Below, in pieces: positions 38,771 to 39,777 of a DNA stretch of 39,777 nucleotides. Positions within the stretch are counted from its first letter, which is position 1. Every line of letters starts with the position of its first letter. The DNA comes from Ginkgo biloba (lineage: Eukaryota; Plantae; Ginkgophyta). The notes under the pieces are model-generated. The model was not told where the DNA came from. It searched no databases and saw only the letters and a list, made by a program, of their open reading frames with translations. The stretch lies in NCBI GenBank assembly GCA_024626585.2, contig JANKJI020000004.1, positions 114,620,872 to 114,660,648 on the forward strand, given 5' to 3'. The translations under genes and the position numbers were made by a program.

Positions 38771-39777
38771 GCCTGTAGCCTATCTTGTGGGCTAGAAAAT
38801 TTCAAAATATCATGGGTGATTTTAATGTATGGATTTTAGGTTATTTGAAATGTCGGCTTCTTCTTTAACCTCATTGTAAGTAGATTCTCCAAAATCCAAA
38901 ATGAACTAAATTAGTTAATCCTCTTCCTCTACCCCATCGATTATGCTTTCTTTGTCATAGCATATAATTGTTTTCTTATAACAAGTCCTTGTGGGTGAGG
39001 CTTCTTGCAACTAATGTGACATATGTTCAAATACAAAATCTTCATTATCTATGTGCATCTCCCCATATTGGTTAGGTTCATAGTGGACGTCAACGAGAAC
39101 CATAAGAGGTTGCTAGATGTGTTAGAAGGTTAATGTTATTAGTGGTCATTTCTTAAGTTGATGGTCGTGATAAGTCTCATAAGTCATTTATTGTGAAGTC
39201 TTCTAGACATGCTAGAAGATTCTTAACTCGATTATTGGGAAAGACCTCTCCTCCACAAGCATAAATAGAGGTCAATCTTATGTTGTATTATTAGATTGTA
39301 TCATCTTGTATCATAGCGTGTAATAAAACTTAAGAGATTTTATAATATGTTCATCTTCATCTCTGTTAATAATAATGATCATGTGATTAAATCCATAAAT
39401 GCTAGTACAAAAAAATTACTATGCTAACTAATGAAGCTCAATAAATTAATATTGATATGGAAAACCATTCATAACAATTGCCACATCATTCATAATAGTT
39501 ATTACAATAATTTCAACTCGAAAGTATATCTCATAACACAAATAAATCAACAATTCGGCCCACTCTTACAATTGATTCTATCAAATCAACAATAATAATA
39601 GCTATAACAACCACAACCATCATAGCAAACTCCATAATTAGCTAGAGGAATCTAAGGATTCAAAGTATCTAGAAGAATAAAATTTAAGATCACGGGTGGA
39701 AAATCGAATAAATGAAGAATCAAACACAAGACAAGATGTTTTCGGGTAGAATTGGTCTACCACAGATTTTTTATTAT

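Overview
AT-rich, heavily gapped plant nuclear DNA. A large-genome seed plant, probably a gymnosperm, is inferred from the ancient, CpG-decayed Ty3/gypsy remnants; the species cannot be determined. No intact protein-coding gene was found. The main gene-like locus (1729-3954, +) is an LRR receptor-like kinase of subfamily XI (CEPR2/RLK7/IKU2/HAESA-like). It has an in-frame stop in the ectodomain, and its kinase breaks off after subdomain II, where it joins the middle of a degenerate CRM-like Ty3/gypsy integrase with no LTR in between. An F-box(/kelch-type) pseudogene lies at about 23.2-23.9 kb. Most of the rest is nested, decayed LTR retrotransposon sequence: a Tat/Ogre-like PR/RT/RNase H remnant, a gag-PR remnant, and a chromovirus tandem structure at 25.1-32.8 kb whose central LTR carries both a PBS and a PPT and is split by a nested element with a TSD. 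There are also several tandem or hairpin arrays and a CpG-retaining non-coding island at about 15.5-17.15 kb. Thirteen N runs of exactly 100 nt look like unsized gaps, so distances across them are unreliable. I see no convincing new biological system. The best leads are the RLK-integrase chimera, the shared-LTR tandem, the hairpin arrays and the non-coding island. All family assignments come from motif recognition by eye, not from database searches.
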